From Anaeromyxobacteraceae bacterium (GTDB lineage: Bacteria; Myxococcota; Myxococcia; Myxococcales; Anaeromyxobacteraceae), in NCBI GenBank assembly GCA_047602405.1, contig JASGHJ010000002.1:2560001-2624000 (forward strand): DNA of 64,000 nt. Reading direction: 5' to 3'. This document shows, in pieces, positions 51,022 to 61,142 of the stretch. The translations under genes were made by a program, and so were the position numbers. A model generated the notes under the pieces. The model saw only the letters and a program-made list of their open reading frames with translations, made no database searches and was not told where the DNA came from. Each line of letters opens with the position of its first letter. Position 1 is the first letter of the stretch.

Positions 51022-52221
51022 GTGCACGTCGCCCTGCTCACGAGCCTCTACCCGCCGTCGGTCGGCGGCATCCAGAGCCACACCCACGCCCTCGCCGAGG
51101 CGCTCGCCGCCCGCGGCGCTCGCGTCGAGGTGGTCACCCGCCGCGCCCAGGGCCACCCCGCCGTCGCGCACCCCCGGCGCCACCTCGGCGTGCACCGGGT
51201 GGGCGCCCCACCCGGCACCCCGGGCCCTGCCGCGACGGTCGCGTACGTGGCCGGGGCGGTCCGGGCGGTGCTGCGCCTCCGGCCCGACGTGCTCCACGCG
51301 CACCAGCTCCTCTCGCCGACCTCGGCCGCGCTCGCGGCCTCCGCCCTCGGCGGCGCCCCCGCCCTCCTCAACCCCCACGCCTGCGGCGCGATCGGCGACG
51401 TCGGCGTCCTCTCCGCGACCGCGCTCGGGCGGCTGCGCCTGCGCGCGGCCATGCGGCGCGCCGCGGGCTTCGTCGCGATCAGCGGATCCATCCGCGACGA
51501 GCTCCTCGCCGCCGGCGCCCCGGAGCGCAAGGTCCACGCGCTGCCGAACGGCGTCGACCTCGAGCGGTTCCGGCCCCCCTCGGCCGCGGAGCGCCACGCC
51601 GCCCGCGCGCGGCTCGGCGTGCGCGGACCGCTGGCCGTTTACTGCGGGCGGCTCTCCCCGGAGAAGGGCGTCGACGTCCTCGTCGCGGCCTGGCCCCGCG
51701 TGCTCGCGGCGGCGCCCGGCGCGCGCCTCGTCGTCCTCGGAGAAGGCCCCGAGGCGGCCCGCCTGCTCGCGGGCGTGCGCGCGCTCGGCGTGGACGCGTC
51801 CGTGTCGCTCCCGGGCCCGGGCGACCCCGCCGCGCTGCTCGCCGCGGCCGACGCCTTCGTGCTGCCCTCCCGCACCGAGGGGCTGCCGGTGGCGCTGCTC
51901 GAGGCGATGGCGGCCCGCGTGCCGGTCGTCGCGACGGCGGTGGGCGGCAGCGCGGAGCTCCTCGCCGACGGCCTCACCGGCCGCCTCGTGCCGCCCGGCG
52001 ATCCGGTGCGCCTCGGCGACGCCCTCGCCGGCCTGTTCAGCGATCCCCAGGGTGCGGCCACGCGCGCGGCCGCGGCCCTCGACCTCGTCCGGCGGCGCCA
52101 CGGGATCGGCGCCGTCGCGGACCACCTGCTCGCCCTCTACGCGCGCCTCGCGGCCGGCGTGCGGGCGCGCCAACGCGGGCGGGCCCAGCCGGCCGTCGGG
52201 CCGCGCGGGGCGGTGCCCTGA
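51022..52221 (+). CDS. Glycosyltransferase family 4
   Basis: YPPSVGGI, PNGVD, GRLSPEKG and EGLPVALLEAMA motifs. Confidence 0.9.
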   Translation: MHVALLTSLYPPSVGGIQSHTHALAEALAARGARVEVVTRRAQGHPAVAHPRRHLGVHRVGAPPGTPGPAATVAYVAGAVRAVLRLRPDVLHAHQLLSPTSAALAASALGGAPALLNPHACGAIGDVGVLSATALGRLRLRAAMRRAAGFVAISGSIRDELLAAGAPERKVHALPNGVDLERFRPPSAAERHAARARLGVRGPLAVYCGRLSPEKGVDVLVAAWPRVLAAAPGARLVVLGEGPEAARLLAGVRALGVDASVSLPGPGDPAALLAAADAFVLPSRTEGLPVALLEAMAARVPVVATAVGGSAELLADGLTGRLVPPGDPVRLGDALAGLFSDPQGAATRAAAALDLVRRRHGIGAVADHLLALYARLAAGVRARQRGRAQPAVGPRGAVP

Positions 52222-53501
52222 TGGCGGGGCCGCGGGTCGCGTACGTCGTGTCGTGGTTCCCGGCGCCGACCGAGACCTTCATCCTGCACGAGGTGCTGGG
52301 CGTGCTCGCGCTCGGCCTCGACGTGGACGTCTTCCCGCTCTTCGGGGCCGCGAAGGGGCCCCGCCACCCGGGCACCGACGACGTGCTGCGCCGCACCCAC
52401 CGCATCCCGCTCCTCGGCATCCTGCTCGCCCAGGTGTACTGGCTGCGCCGGCGGCCACGCGCGTACCTGGCGGCCTTCGCGGCGGCGCTGCGCGCCCACC
52501 GGCGCTCGCCCCTGGGCCTCGCGAAGGCGCTCGTGGTGCTCCCGCGGGGCGCCTACGTCGCCCGGGAGGTCGAGCGGCGCGGCATCACCCACCTCCACGC
52601 GCACTGGGCGACGCACCCGGCCCTCGCGGCCTGGATGGTGCGGGCCCTCACCGGCGTGAGCTACAGCTTCACCGCCCACGCGCACGATCTCTACCTCGAC
52701 CGCGCGATGCTCGCGGAGAAGGTCGCCGCCGCGCGGTTCGTCGTCACGATCAGCGAGTTCAACCGGCGGCTCATCGGCGCCGCCTGCGGCCCGGGGGCCG
52801 AGGCGAAGACCCGGGTGATCCGCTGCGGCGTGGACCCGGAGGCGTACCGCAGGCCCCCGGCCCTGGCGCCGGCGGCGGGGCCGCCGCTCGTCCTGTGCGT
52901 CGCGGGCCTGCGCGACTACAAGGGGCAGCTCCACCTCGTCGAGGCGTGCGCGCGGCTGCGGGACGCGGGGATCGCCTTCCGCTGCGTCGTCGTGGGCGAG
53001 GGTCCGGAGCGCGCGGCCCTCGAGCGCCGCATCGGCGAGCGCTGGCTCGCGCGCCACGTCGAGCTCACCGGGGCGCTCCCGCAGGACCGCGTGCGCGCGC
53101 TCGTGCGGGAGGCCGCGGTCGTGGTCCACCCGAGCGTCGTGACGCCCTCGGGCATGATGGACGGCATCCCGGTCGCGCTGATGGAGGCGATGGCCGCCGA
53201 GTGCGCGGTCGTGACCACCCGCGTCTCGGGCATCCCGGAGCTCGTGCAGGACGGCGTGGGAGGGCTCCTCGTCGCGCCAGGCGACGCGGCGGGGCTCGCG
53301 GAGGCCGTCGCGCGCCTCCTCGGCGACGCGGCGCTCCGGGCCCGGCTCGGCCGGGGCGCGCGGCAGGCCGTGCTGGCGCGCTTCACCCTGCAGCAGAACG
53401 TCGCGCTCCTCTTCGCGGAGCTCGCGCGGGCGGCCGTGACGGTCTCGCCGGGGTCGAGGCGCGGCGCCGCGCCTTCACCCACGGTGCCGGCGCCGGCCTG
53501 A
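52221..53501 (+). CDS. Glycosyltransferase family 4 (WcaL-like)
   Basis: FPAPTETFI.HE, HLHAHW, YSFTAHAHD and DGIPVALMEAMA...SGIPEL motifs. Confidence 0.88.
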   Translation: MAGPRVAYVVSWFPAPTETFILHEVLGVLALGLDVDVFPLFGAAKGPRHPGTDDVLRRTHRIPLLGILLAQVYWLRRRPRAYLAAFAAALRAHRRSPLGLAKALVVLPRGAYVAREVERRGITHLHAHWATHPALAAWMVRALTGVSYSFTAHAHDLYLDRAMLAEKVAAARFVVTISEFNRRLIGAACGPGAEAKTRVIRCGVDPEAYRRPPALAPAAGPPLVLCVAGLRDYKGQLHLVEACARLRDAGIAFRCVVVGEGPERAALERRIGERWLARHVELTGALPQDRVRALVREAAVVVHPSVVTPSGMMDGIPVALMEAMAAECAVVTTRVSGIPELVQDGVGGLLVAPGDAAGLAEAVARLLGDAALRARLGRGARQAVLARFTLQQNVALLFAELARAAVTVSPGSRRGAAPSPTVPAPA

Positions 53502-53605
53502 CCCGCTGGCGCGGCACCGCAGTCGTTCGCGCGAACCCGGACTGTCGGTTGCACCCAGGATCCCGCCGGTCCACGCTGGGGGACGCCTCGCACCGGGAGG
53601 ATCCC

Positions 53606-54778
53606 ATGGCACGCATCGCACGCAGCCTCGCGCTCGCCGCGGTCGCGGCGGCCGCGCTCGCAGGAGGATGCAGCTCGAACGAGAATGACGCGGCGCCCGG
53701 CACCGGGGCGTGGCGACCCACCCGGCCGATGCAATCGGCGCGGGCCTTCGCAGCGCACACCATCCTGGCGGACGGGACGGTGCTCGCGATGGGCGGCGAC
53801 CGGCACACCGAAGGCCCGGCCTGGGCGGTCGGCACCGCCGAGCGGTTCGACCCGGCCACGGAGACCTGGTCCGGCGCCGGCGTGCTGGCCGTCGCGCGCG
53901 GCTACCCGGCGGCGGCGCGGCTCGGGGACGGCCGCGTGCTCCTGCTGGGCGGGATCGGCGCGGCCGACGTCCTCCTGAAGTCGGCGGAGCTGCACGACCC
54001 GTCGAACTCGAGCTGGACGCTCACCGAGGGCGGTCTCGCGGTCGCGCGGGCCGGCCCGTCGGCCACCTTGCTGCCCACCGGCAAGGTGCTGGTGGCCGGT
54101 GGGAGCACCTGGACGACCGCCGATTCAGGGCAGGCGATCGCGAGCGCGGAGGTCTTCGACCCTGCGAGCGGCACGTTCACGACCACCGGCGCGATGCACC
54201 ACGCGCGGTTCAACCACGGCGTCACGCTGCTCCCGTCCGGCAAGGTGCTCGTCGCCGGAGGGTGCGACAGCGGGGCATGCACGAGCGGCACCGAGACCGC
54301 GGAGCTCTACGATCCCGGAGCGGGCACGTGGACCCTGGTGGCCTCGTTGCCGGCCGCCCGCGTTGGTCTCCAGCTCACCCTGCTCCCGTCGGGTTCGGTG
54401 CTCGCGACGGGGGGCTGCCTCAACGAGGAATCGTGCGGCGGCGAGATGCGCTCGACCTACCTCTGGCGCGAGGGCGAGAGCGCATGGCATCCGGCCGCCC
54501 CGATGGCCTGGGGTCACGGGCTGCACTTCGCGGGCCTCCTCCCGTCCGGGAAGGTGCTCGTGGTTGCAGGCGACAATCCACACGGCCGTGCCGTCGCCGG
54601 CGAGGTCTACGACCCGGCGACCGACAGTTGGGCAGTGACCGGAGACCCCTGGACCTTCCACGGCGCGGGCGTGGTCGGCGCGGTGCTCTCCGACGGCCGC
54701 GTGCTCCTCGCCGGCGGCTCGCACTTCGAGGAGAGCGCCCTCGACGCGACCCGCGAGGCCGAGCTGTACGGACCGTGA
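53606..54778 (+). CDS. Kelch-repeat lipoprotein
   Basis: GGGAGG RBS, lipobox AGGC, repeated LPSGKVLVAGG...AELYDP..W units. Confidence 0.85.
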   Translation: MARIARSLALAAVAAAALAGGCSSNENDAAPGTGAWRPTRPMQSARAFAAHTILADGTVLAMGGDRHTEGPAWAVGTAERFDPATETWSGAGVLAVARGYPAAARLGDGRVLLLGGIGAADVLLKSAELHDPSNSSWTLTEGGLAVARAGPSATLLPTGKVLVAGGSTWTTADSGQAIASAEVFDPASGTFTTTGAMHHARFNHGVTLLPSGKVLVAGGCDSGACTSGTETAELYDPGAGTWTLVASLPAARVGLQLTLLPSGSVLATGGCLNEESCGGEMRSTYLWREGESAWHPAAPMAWGHGLHFAGLLPSGKVLVVAGDNPHGRAVAGEVYDPATDSWAVTGDPWTFHGAGVVGAVLSDGRVLLAGGSHFEESALDATREAELYGP

Positions 54779-54840
54779 GACGCGAGCGGGCCGCCCCGTC
54801 CCCGGAGCGGCCCGCCCGGATCATCGCCCCGGGGGCGGAG

Positions 54841-56922
54841 CTACCTCCCCGCGACCGGCGTGACCTTCGGCGCCTCCGCCGGCTTCGTCCAGCGGTCGAG
54901 CCAGCCGAGCACCGCCCGGTGCCACTGGATCGAGTTGAGCGGCTTCACGACCCAGTGGTTCTCGTCCGGGAAGTAGAGCAGCTCGGAGGGGACCCCGCGC
55001 CGCTGCGCGGCGGTGAAGGTCGCCATGCCCTCGGTCTCCACGACGCGGAAGTCCTTCCCGCCGTGGATGACGAGCATCGGCGTCTTCCAGTTCTTCACGA
55101 GGTTGAGCGGGTTGTGCTTCTCGTAGCTCGCGGGGTTGTCCCAGGGCGCGCCGCCGTGATCGCGCTCCGGGAACCAGAGCTCCTCGGTCGCGAAGTAGGC
55201 GAAGCGCTCGTCCAGGTTGCCGTCGTGCGCGACGAGGCAGCGGAAGCGGTCCGGCCAGGCCCCGGCGATCCAGTTGATCATGTAGCCGCCGTAGGACGCG
55301 CCGAGCGCGGCCACCCGGTCACCGTCGAGGAACGGGTACTTCGCGAGCGCCGCCGCGAGCCCCTTCTGCAGGTCCTCGAGGGGCTTGCCGCCCCAGTCGC
55401 CGCCGATGCTGTCGGAGAACGCCTGCCCGTAGCCGGTGGAGCCGTGGAAGTCGACCATGATGGCCGCGTACCCTGCGCCGGCGTAGGTCTGCGGGTTCCA
55501 GCGGTAGTGGAAGTGGTCGCCGAAGGAGCCCTGCGGGCCGCCGTGGATGAGGAACGCGATCGGCCACTTCTTCGCCGGGTCGAAGCCGACCGGCTTCACG
55601 AGCCAGGCGTGGACCTTCTCGCCGTTCCAGCCGGCGAAGGTGAACTGCTCCGCCTCGCCGAGCTTGAACCCGGCCATGAGGTCGGCGTTGAGCTTCGTGA
55701 TCGCGGCGAGCCCCGTGCCGTCCGGCCGGAGCGTGTGGAGGTCGGCCGGGCTGCGGAGGTCGTCGCGGGCCACCACGAGCTTCCCCTTCGCGACGGCCAC
55801 GCCGCCCACGCTGCCGGTCGAGACGAGCTCCTTCACGGCGCCCGAGGCGACGTCGATCGCGAAGAGGCCCGTGTGGCCGAGGCTGTCGGCGGTGACGTAG
55901 AGCGTCTTCCCGTCGGCGGACCAGGTGAGGCCGTGCGGCGAGCGATCCCACCCCGCGGCGAGCTCCCGCTCGGCGCCGCCCGGCCAGGCGCGCAGCATGA
56001 CGTGCCAGCGATCGGCCTCGTAGCCCGGCGTGCGCATCGCGCGGTAGGCGAGCCACTTGCCATCGGGCGAGAAGACCGGGCCGGCGTCCCAGGCCTCGTT
56101 CGTGGTGAGCCTCCTCGGCGCGGCCGAGCCGTCGAGCGGCGCGAGGAAGAGGTCGTGGTTGGTGGACCACGCCGCCGCGCGGCCGACGTCCTTCGCCGAG
56201 AAGACGACGCCCTTCCCGTCCGGGGTGAGCGCGTAGTCGTCGTCGCCGCCGAACGGCTTCGTCGGGCAGTCGACGTCGAGGCCCTTCATCGCGTCGCGGG
56301 CCTCGCCCGGCGTCGCGAGCGAGACGGCGAAGACGTGGGCGCGCAGCCCGTCCTCCCACTCGTCCCAGTGGCGGAACAGGAGCTCCCTGTAGACGCGGCC
56401 CGTCGCCTTCTCCTTCGCCTTCGCCGCGGCGCGGTCCGCGGTGCAGGCGAGGTCGGCGCAGTCCGGGTAGACCTCGAGCGAGACGAGGAGCCCCTTGCCG
56501 TCCGGGGCGACCTCGAAGCTGCCCACGTCGAGCGGCAGCGCCGTGGCCGCGCTCGCCTCGCCGCCGTCGAGCGGCAGCCGGAAGACCTGGGTGGTGTCCC
56601 CGCCGCGCCTCGCGAGGAAGTAGATCGCCTTGCCGTCGGGCGCCCACCGCGGGCTCGCCTCGGACTCCGGGGTGTGCGTGAGCTGGCGCGCGCCGGTGCC
56701 GTCGGCGTTCACGAGCCAGAGGTCGGTGCGCCGCTTGTTGGCGGCGAGGTCGACCGAGGAGAGGGCGTAGACGATCCGGCCGCCGTCGGGCGAGACGCGG
56801 AACTCGCCGAGGCGGCGCAGCGCGACGAGGTCGTCGACGGCGAAGGGGTGCGGGGCGTCGGCGGCGGGCGCCGGGAAGGACGCGGCGGCGAGCGCGAGCG
56901 CGGCGAGCGTGCGAAGGGACAT
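54841..56922 (-). CDS. S9 family peptidase (secreted dipeptidyl/acylaminoacyl peptidase)
   Basis: PD40-like repeats, HGGP, GASYGG, DFRV and DENH motifs. Confidence 0.93.
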   Translation of the reverse strand: MSLRTLAALALAAASFPAPAADAPHPFAVDDLVALRRLGEFRVSPDGGRIVYALSSVDLAANKRRTDLWLVNADGTGARQLTHTPESEASPRWAPDGKAIYFLARRGGDTTQVFRLPLDGGEASAATALPLDVGSFEVAPDGKGLLVSLEVYPDCADLACTADRAAAKAKEKATGRVYRELLFRHWDEWEDGLRAHVFAVSLATPGEARDAMKGLDVDCPTKPFGGDDDYALTPDGKGVVFSAKDVGRAAAWSTNHDLFLAPLDGSAAPRRLTTNEAWDAGPVFSPDGKWLAYRAMRTPGYEADRWHVMLRAWPGGAERELAAGWDRSPHGLTWSADGKTLYVTADSLGHTGLFAIDVASGAVKELVSTGSVGGVAVAKGKLVVARDDLRSPADLHTLRPDGTGLAAITKLNADLMAGFKLGEAEQFTFAGWNGEKVHAWLVKPVGFDPAKKWPIAFLIHGGPQGSFGDHFHYRWNPQTYAGAGYAAIMVDFHGSTGYGQAFSDSIGGDWGGKPLEDLQKGLAAALAKYPFLDGDRVAALGASYGGYMINWIAGAWPDRFRCLVAHDGNLDERFAYFATEELWFPERDHGGAPWDNPASYEKHNPLNLVKNWKTPMLVIHGGKDFRVVETEGMATFTAAQRRGVPSELLYFPDENHWVVKPLNSIQWHRAVLGWLDRWTKPAEAPKVTPVAGR

Positions 56923-57012
56923 GGGCTCCTCTCGGGGTTCGCTGGTGGCGGCGCAGCGTAGCAGGGAGCGGGCGGGCGGGCCATGCCCGGCCGGGATGCG
57001 CAGGTCTCCTCC

Positions 57013-57636
57013 ATGCGCATGCTCGTGCTCGGGTTCGTCATGGGGTTGCCGCTCGCCGCGGCAGGACAGATCGGGCCGACGGGGCCCACGGGACCGTCGA
57101 CCACCGGACCGTCGACGACCGCCGGTACCGGCAGCGGAGGGATGGCGGACCCCGCCGGCACGGCCGGCGCCACGGGGCCGACCGGCACCACCGGCACGAC
57201 GGGCCGCGCCGCGCCCGCCGCCGTCTGCCCGCCCGGCACGATGCCCGACACGTCGGCGAGCTCCACCGGGACCGGCGGCACCGGGAGCTCCGCCACGGCT
57301 GGCACGTCCGGCGTCGGGACGCCGGCGGGCGCGCCGACGGACACCGGCCCGGGCGCAGGCACCGGGACGGGATCGGGGACGGCGGCGGGCAGCACGGGCA
57401 CCGGCTCCGGCGCCGTGGCCGGCGGAACGACGTCCGGCGCGACCACCACGCGCTGCGTCCCCATCGGGACCGGCGGCACCACCGGACCGGGCAGCACCGG
57501 CACCGGCACCGGCGCCACCGGGACCGAGCAGCCCGGGGGCCCGGGCTCCACCGGGACCGGCCCCACGGGCGGCGCCACCCCCGGGTCGACGACCGGGTCC
57601 GGCACCGGCACGGGGACCACGCCGCCTCGGCCCTGA
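57013..57636 (+). CDS. Secreted Gly/Thr-rich low-complexity protein
   Basis: Signal peptide MRMLVLGFVMGLPLAAAG followed by GT/GPT repeats. Confidence 0.6.
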   Translation: MRMLVLGFVMGLPLAAAGQIGPTGPTGPSTTGPSTTAGTGSGGMADPAGTAGATGPTGTTGTTGRAAPAAVCPPGTMPDTSASSTGTGGTGSSATAGTSGVGTPAGAPTDTGPGAGTGTGSGTAAGSTGTGSGAVAGGTTSGATTTRCVPIGTGGTTGPGSTGTGTGATGTEQPGGPGSTGTGPTGGATPGSTTGSGTGTGTTPPRP

Positions 57637-57639
57637 CCC

Positions 57640-58800
57640 CTGCTGACGCTCCTCCTCGCCTTCTCGGGCACGCTCGTCCTCGCCGTGCTCGTCTCCGAGC
57701 GGGCGCGGCGGACGATCCTCTCGACCTCGGTGCTGTTCCTCGCGGCGGGCGTGGCCTTCGGACTCGCCCGCGGGCCGCTGCCGGACGCGGCGGTGCACGC
57801 CACCGCGGAGGCCGCGCTCGTCGCGGTGCTCTTCAACGACGCGATGCGGGCGTCATGGTCGGAGCTCCGGCGCGGCTGGCGCCTGCCCGGGCGGGCGCTC
57901 CTCGTGGGCTTCCCGCTCACGGGGCTCCTCACGGCGCTGGCCGCGCGCGCGCTCGGCGGCTTGCCCTGGCCCGACGCGTTCCTCGTGGGCGCGGCCCTCG
58001 CCTCGACCGACCCGGTCTTCGCGGCCGCCGTGATCGGCAGCGAGGAGGTCCCCGGCCGGATCCGGCACCTCCTCAACGTCGAGAGCGGCCTCAACGACGG
58101 CCTCGCCCTGCCATTCGTCGTCGCCTTCCTCGCGCTCTCCTCGCACGAGGCGTTCCAGGGCGGCGCGCTCCTCGCCGAGCTCTCGGGCGGGGTCGCGCTC
58201 GGTGTCGCCGTGCCGTGGGCCCTCGTGCGGCTCGAGCGCTCGCGGGTGTTCGGCGCGGCGGACGAGTACCGCCCGGTCGGCGTCCTCGCGACCGGGCTGT
58301 TGACCTGGACGCTCGCGCGCGCGCTGCACGCGAACGCCTACCTCGCGGCGTTCGCGGCCGGAGCGACGCTCGTCACCGTCGCGCCCCGCGCGCGCCGGAC
58401 CTTCTCGGCGGTCGGCGACGTCCTCACCGAGGTCGCGAAGCTCGGCGCGCTCCTCGTCTTCGCGACTCGGTTGACGCCGGAGCTCGTCGCGGGCGCCGGG
58501 CCCGGCGGCTGGGCCTTCGCGGCCTTCGCCCTCTTCGTGGCGCGCCCCGCGGCGCTGCTCGTCGCGCTCCACGGGACCGAGCTCACGCTCAAGGAGCGGC
58601 TCTTCGCGGGCTGGTTCGGCCCGCGCGGGTTCGCGTCCGTGGTCTACGGGCTCCTCGTCGCCGGCGGCGGCTCCCCGGCGGCGGGGCGGGCGTTCCTGCT
58701 CGTCGCGCTCACGACGGCGCTCTCGATGCTGCTGCACTCGTCGAGCGACGTCGTGCTCGTGCGCTGGCTGCGCCGGAGCCTGGGGCCCGCGCCAGCCTGA
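57640..58800 (+). CDS. Cation:proton antiporter (CPA1/NhaP-like); start uncertain
   Basis: LASTDPV, LNVESGLNDG and GWFGPRG motifs. The frame is open upstream of GTG 57685, with a hydrophobic helix from about 57640. Confidence 0.85.
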   Translation: MLTLLLAFSGTLVLAVLVSERARRTILSTSVLFLAAGVAFGLARGPLPDAAVHATAEAALVAVLFNDAMRASWSELRRGWRLPGRALLVGFPLTGLLTALAARALGGLPWPDAFLVGAALASTDPVFAAAVIGSEEVPGRIRHLLNVESGLNDGLALPFVVAFLALSSHEAFQGGALLAELSGGVALGVAVPWALVRLERSRVFGAADEYRPVGVLATGLLTWTLARALHANAYLAAFAAGATLVTVAPRARRTFSAVGDVLTEVAKLGALLVFATRLTPELVAGAGPGGWAFAAFALFVARPAALLVALHGTELTLKERLFAGWFGPRGFASVVYGLLVAGGGSPAAGRAFLLVALTTALSMLLHSSSDVVLVRWLRRSLGPAPA

Positions 58801-58823
58801 GGCCGGCGCGGGCGTCGGGCTCG

Positions 58824-60378
58824 CTACTTCACGCGCTTCTTCGCGTCGTCGAGCGCCTGCTGCGCCTCGGGAGACTTCGCGCCCTGCACGGCGACCACGG
58901 CCTGGAAGGCCGCCTTCGCCTCCGCCTTCTTCTTCACGTAGTCGTAGAGGCGGCCCGCGCGGTAGTACGCGAGCAGCGACCCGTCCGGGCTCTCCTTCGT
59001 GCAGTCGGCGTCGGCGCCGAACCGCTCGTACTTCTTCGCGGCCTCGACCCACTGCTCGGCCTGATCGGACGAGATGGCCGCGTTGCGGAGCACGGCGCAG
59101 CGCTGCGTGCCCTTCGGCCACCGCTCGAGCCAGGTCTCGTACAGCTTCGCCGCGGCGGCGTGATCGCCCGCCTTCGAGCGCAGCCCCGCGAGCGCGAGCG
59201 TGGCGCCCGGCGCGACCTCGGAGTCCTTGTAGTCCTTCACGACCTTCTCGCGGAGCGCGGCGGCCTTCTTCGCGTCGCCGGCCTTCTCCCAGGCGAAGCC
59301 CGCCGCGTCGAGCGCGGCCGCCGGGTCGCCGCCCTTCGTGCCCGCCGCGAGCTGCTCGAACGCACCCCCGGCCTCGGCGAACTTGCCCTGCTCGAAGAGG
59401 CGCCGCGCCGCGCCGTAGCGGATCGAGAAGTCCGCCGCGTCGACGGCCTTCACCGGATTCCGCCGCCTTCGCGTCGGCCGAGCCGTCGCCGGTGCCCTGC
59501 GCGGGCGGGCTCGCCTGCGCCATCGTCTGGGCCTGCGCGCGCAGCTTCGCGAGCGCGGCCTCGTAGCCCTGCGTGTCGCCCGCGTCGGCCCAGGTCCTCA
59601 GGTAGAGCGGCGCGGCGGCGGCGAAGACCTCGGGCTGGCCGGCCCCGCGCTCGAGCGCGGTCGCGAGGAGCCCGCGCGCGGGCTCCATCCGGTCGAAGGC
59701 GAACTCGGCCTGCCCGGCCACGAGCGCGAGCTGGGCGGGGCTGACGCTGCGCTTCGCGGCCTCGGCGCCGGCCTCCCCGGCGGGCGCCGGGGCGGCGAGG
59801 GCCTCGCGGGCGGCGTCCGTGAAGCTCTTCCAGCTGCTCGTCAGCTCCCGGGGCTGGGGCGGGCTCTTCCGCTCCTCGGCGGGGATGATGCGCGGCGGCT
59901 GGAGGTCCTTCGCGCGGACGCGGGCGTTCGCGGCGAGGAGCCAGCCGAGCGCCCTCGACATCGGGTCCTTCGAGTTCTCCGCGAGGGTCTCGGCGGTGCC
60001 GACGGCCTGCGGGAGGCGCCCGCCCTCCATGTACAGCTCGGCCGCGTGGTACCGGAGGGACTCGTCCCAGTTCGAGCCCGTGTACTTGTTCGCGAAGCCC
60101 ATGAGGCCGTCGGCGGCCTGCACGTAGAGCGCCCGGGCCTCCGGCTTCTTGCCGGCGTCCTCCGCCTCGTGCGCCCGCTGCTCGGCCATGAGCGCCTCGC
60201 GGTACTTCTCGCGGATCTCGCCCTCGGGCATCACGTTGGGGACCGGGAGGGGCTCGCCCGCGAGGTGCAGGCGGCCACCGCGCGGGATCTTCGCCGCGCC
60301 AGATTCACCCTTGCCCGGGGTCGCACACGCGAGGGTGGAGAGGACGACGAGGACGATGCCGGATCTCTGAAGTGACAT
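58824..60378 (-). CDS. TPR-repeat lipoprotein (apparent +1 frameshift at ~59458)
   Basis: Lipobox TLAC and TPR-like helices in two frames, joined as AKAADPVKAVD when one base is removed (518 codons). Confidence 0.7.
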
Positions 60379-60522
60379 TCGACGGTCGGCTCCTGCCAAG
60401 AGTCTGCCAAGAGGTTTAGGGATGGGGCACGCGAGCGGCCATGGGATTCCTCGCCGATCCGCCCCGAGGCGGCCTCGGTTAGACCCCGAACCTGGCCGGG
60501 ATGGAAGAGCCTCTTGGGTGCC

Positions 60523-61050
60523 GTGGAACTGAACGCCGATACCAAGCTGGGCGACGTGCTCGATCGCTGGCCGGCGCTCGAGCAGGTGCTGCTCGATCTC
60601 TCGCCAGCCTTCCGCGCGCTCCGCGCACCCGTCGTGCGCAAGGCCCTGGGCCGCGCGGCCACCCTCCGTCAGGCCGCCCGCGCGGGCGGTGTCTCCCTCG
60701 CGCTCCTCCTCTCCCGGCTCCGCGAGGCGGCCGGGCTCCCGCCCGACCTCCACGCGCCGTACGAGCCCTCGGGGGCACCCCGACCGCCGGCCTGGGCGAT
60801 CCCTGACCCATCCCGCCGCCGCGACGCCCGCCTGGACGTCGAGGCCGGGGTCCACCCCCTGCCGCTCGTGCTGGCCGAGCTCGAGGCCCTCGCGGAGGGT
60901 GAAACCTACGAGCTCTTGACCCCGCTCGTGCCGGCGCCGCTCATCGACCTCGCGCGCCGGAAGGGCTTCGAGGCCCACGCCTGGATCGAGCCGGGTGGGC
61001 ACGCGCGGACCGTCTTCCGCCGGGCCCCACCCGGTCCGGGCAGCCCGTAG
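60523..61050 (+). CDS. DUF1858 + DUF2249/TusA-like domain protein
   Basis: TKLGDVLDRWP.LE.VL...F..L...ATL.QAA and LDV...HPL..VL..L...P.PLI motifs. Confidence 0.7.
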   Translation: MELNADTKLGDVLDRWPALEQVLLDLSPAFRALRAPVVRKALGRAATLRQAARAGGVSLALLLSRLREAAGLPPDLHAPYEPSGAPRPPAWAIPDPSRRRDARLDVEAGVHPLPLVLAELEALAEGETYELLTPLVPAPLIDLARRKGFEAHAWIEPGGHARTVFRRAPPGPGSP

Positions 61051-61142
61051 CCGCCCCGGACGGCTACGCCCCGGCCACCGCGCGGGCGGCCGGGGCGCAT
61101 CGAGGCCGGGCGCGAGGAACACCCGGCGCGCTCGGCGCTGCG

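Noticed and set aside
48794..54778. 1994-aa ORF as a giant protein
   Set aside because: Only 53606-54778 (Kelch lipoprotein with its own RBS and lipobox) looks coding. The rest is an off-frame read of the epimerase and glycosyltransferase genes.
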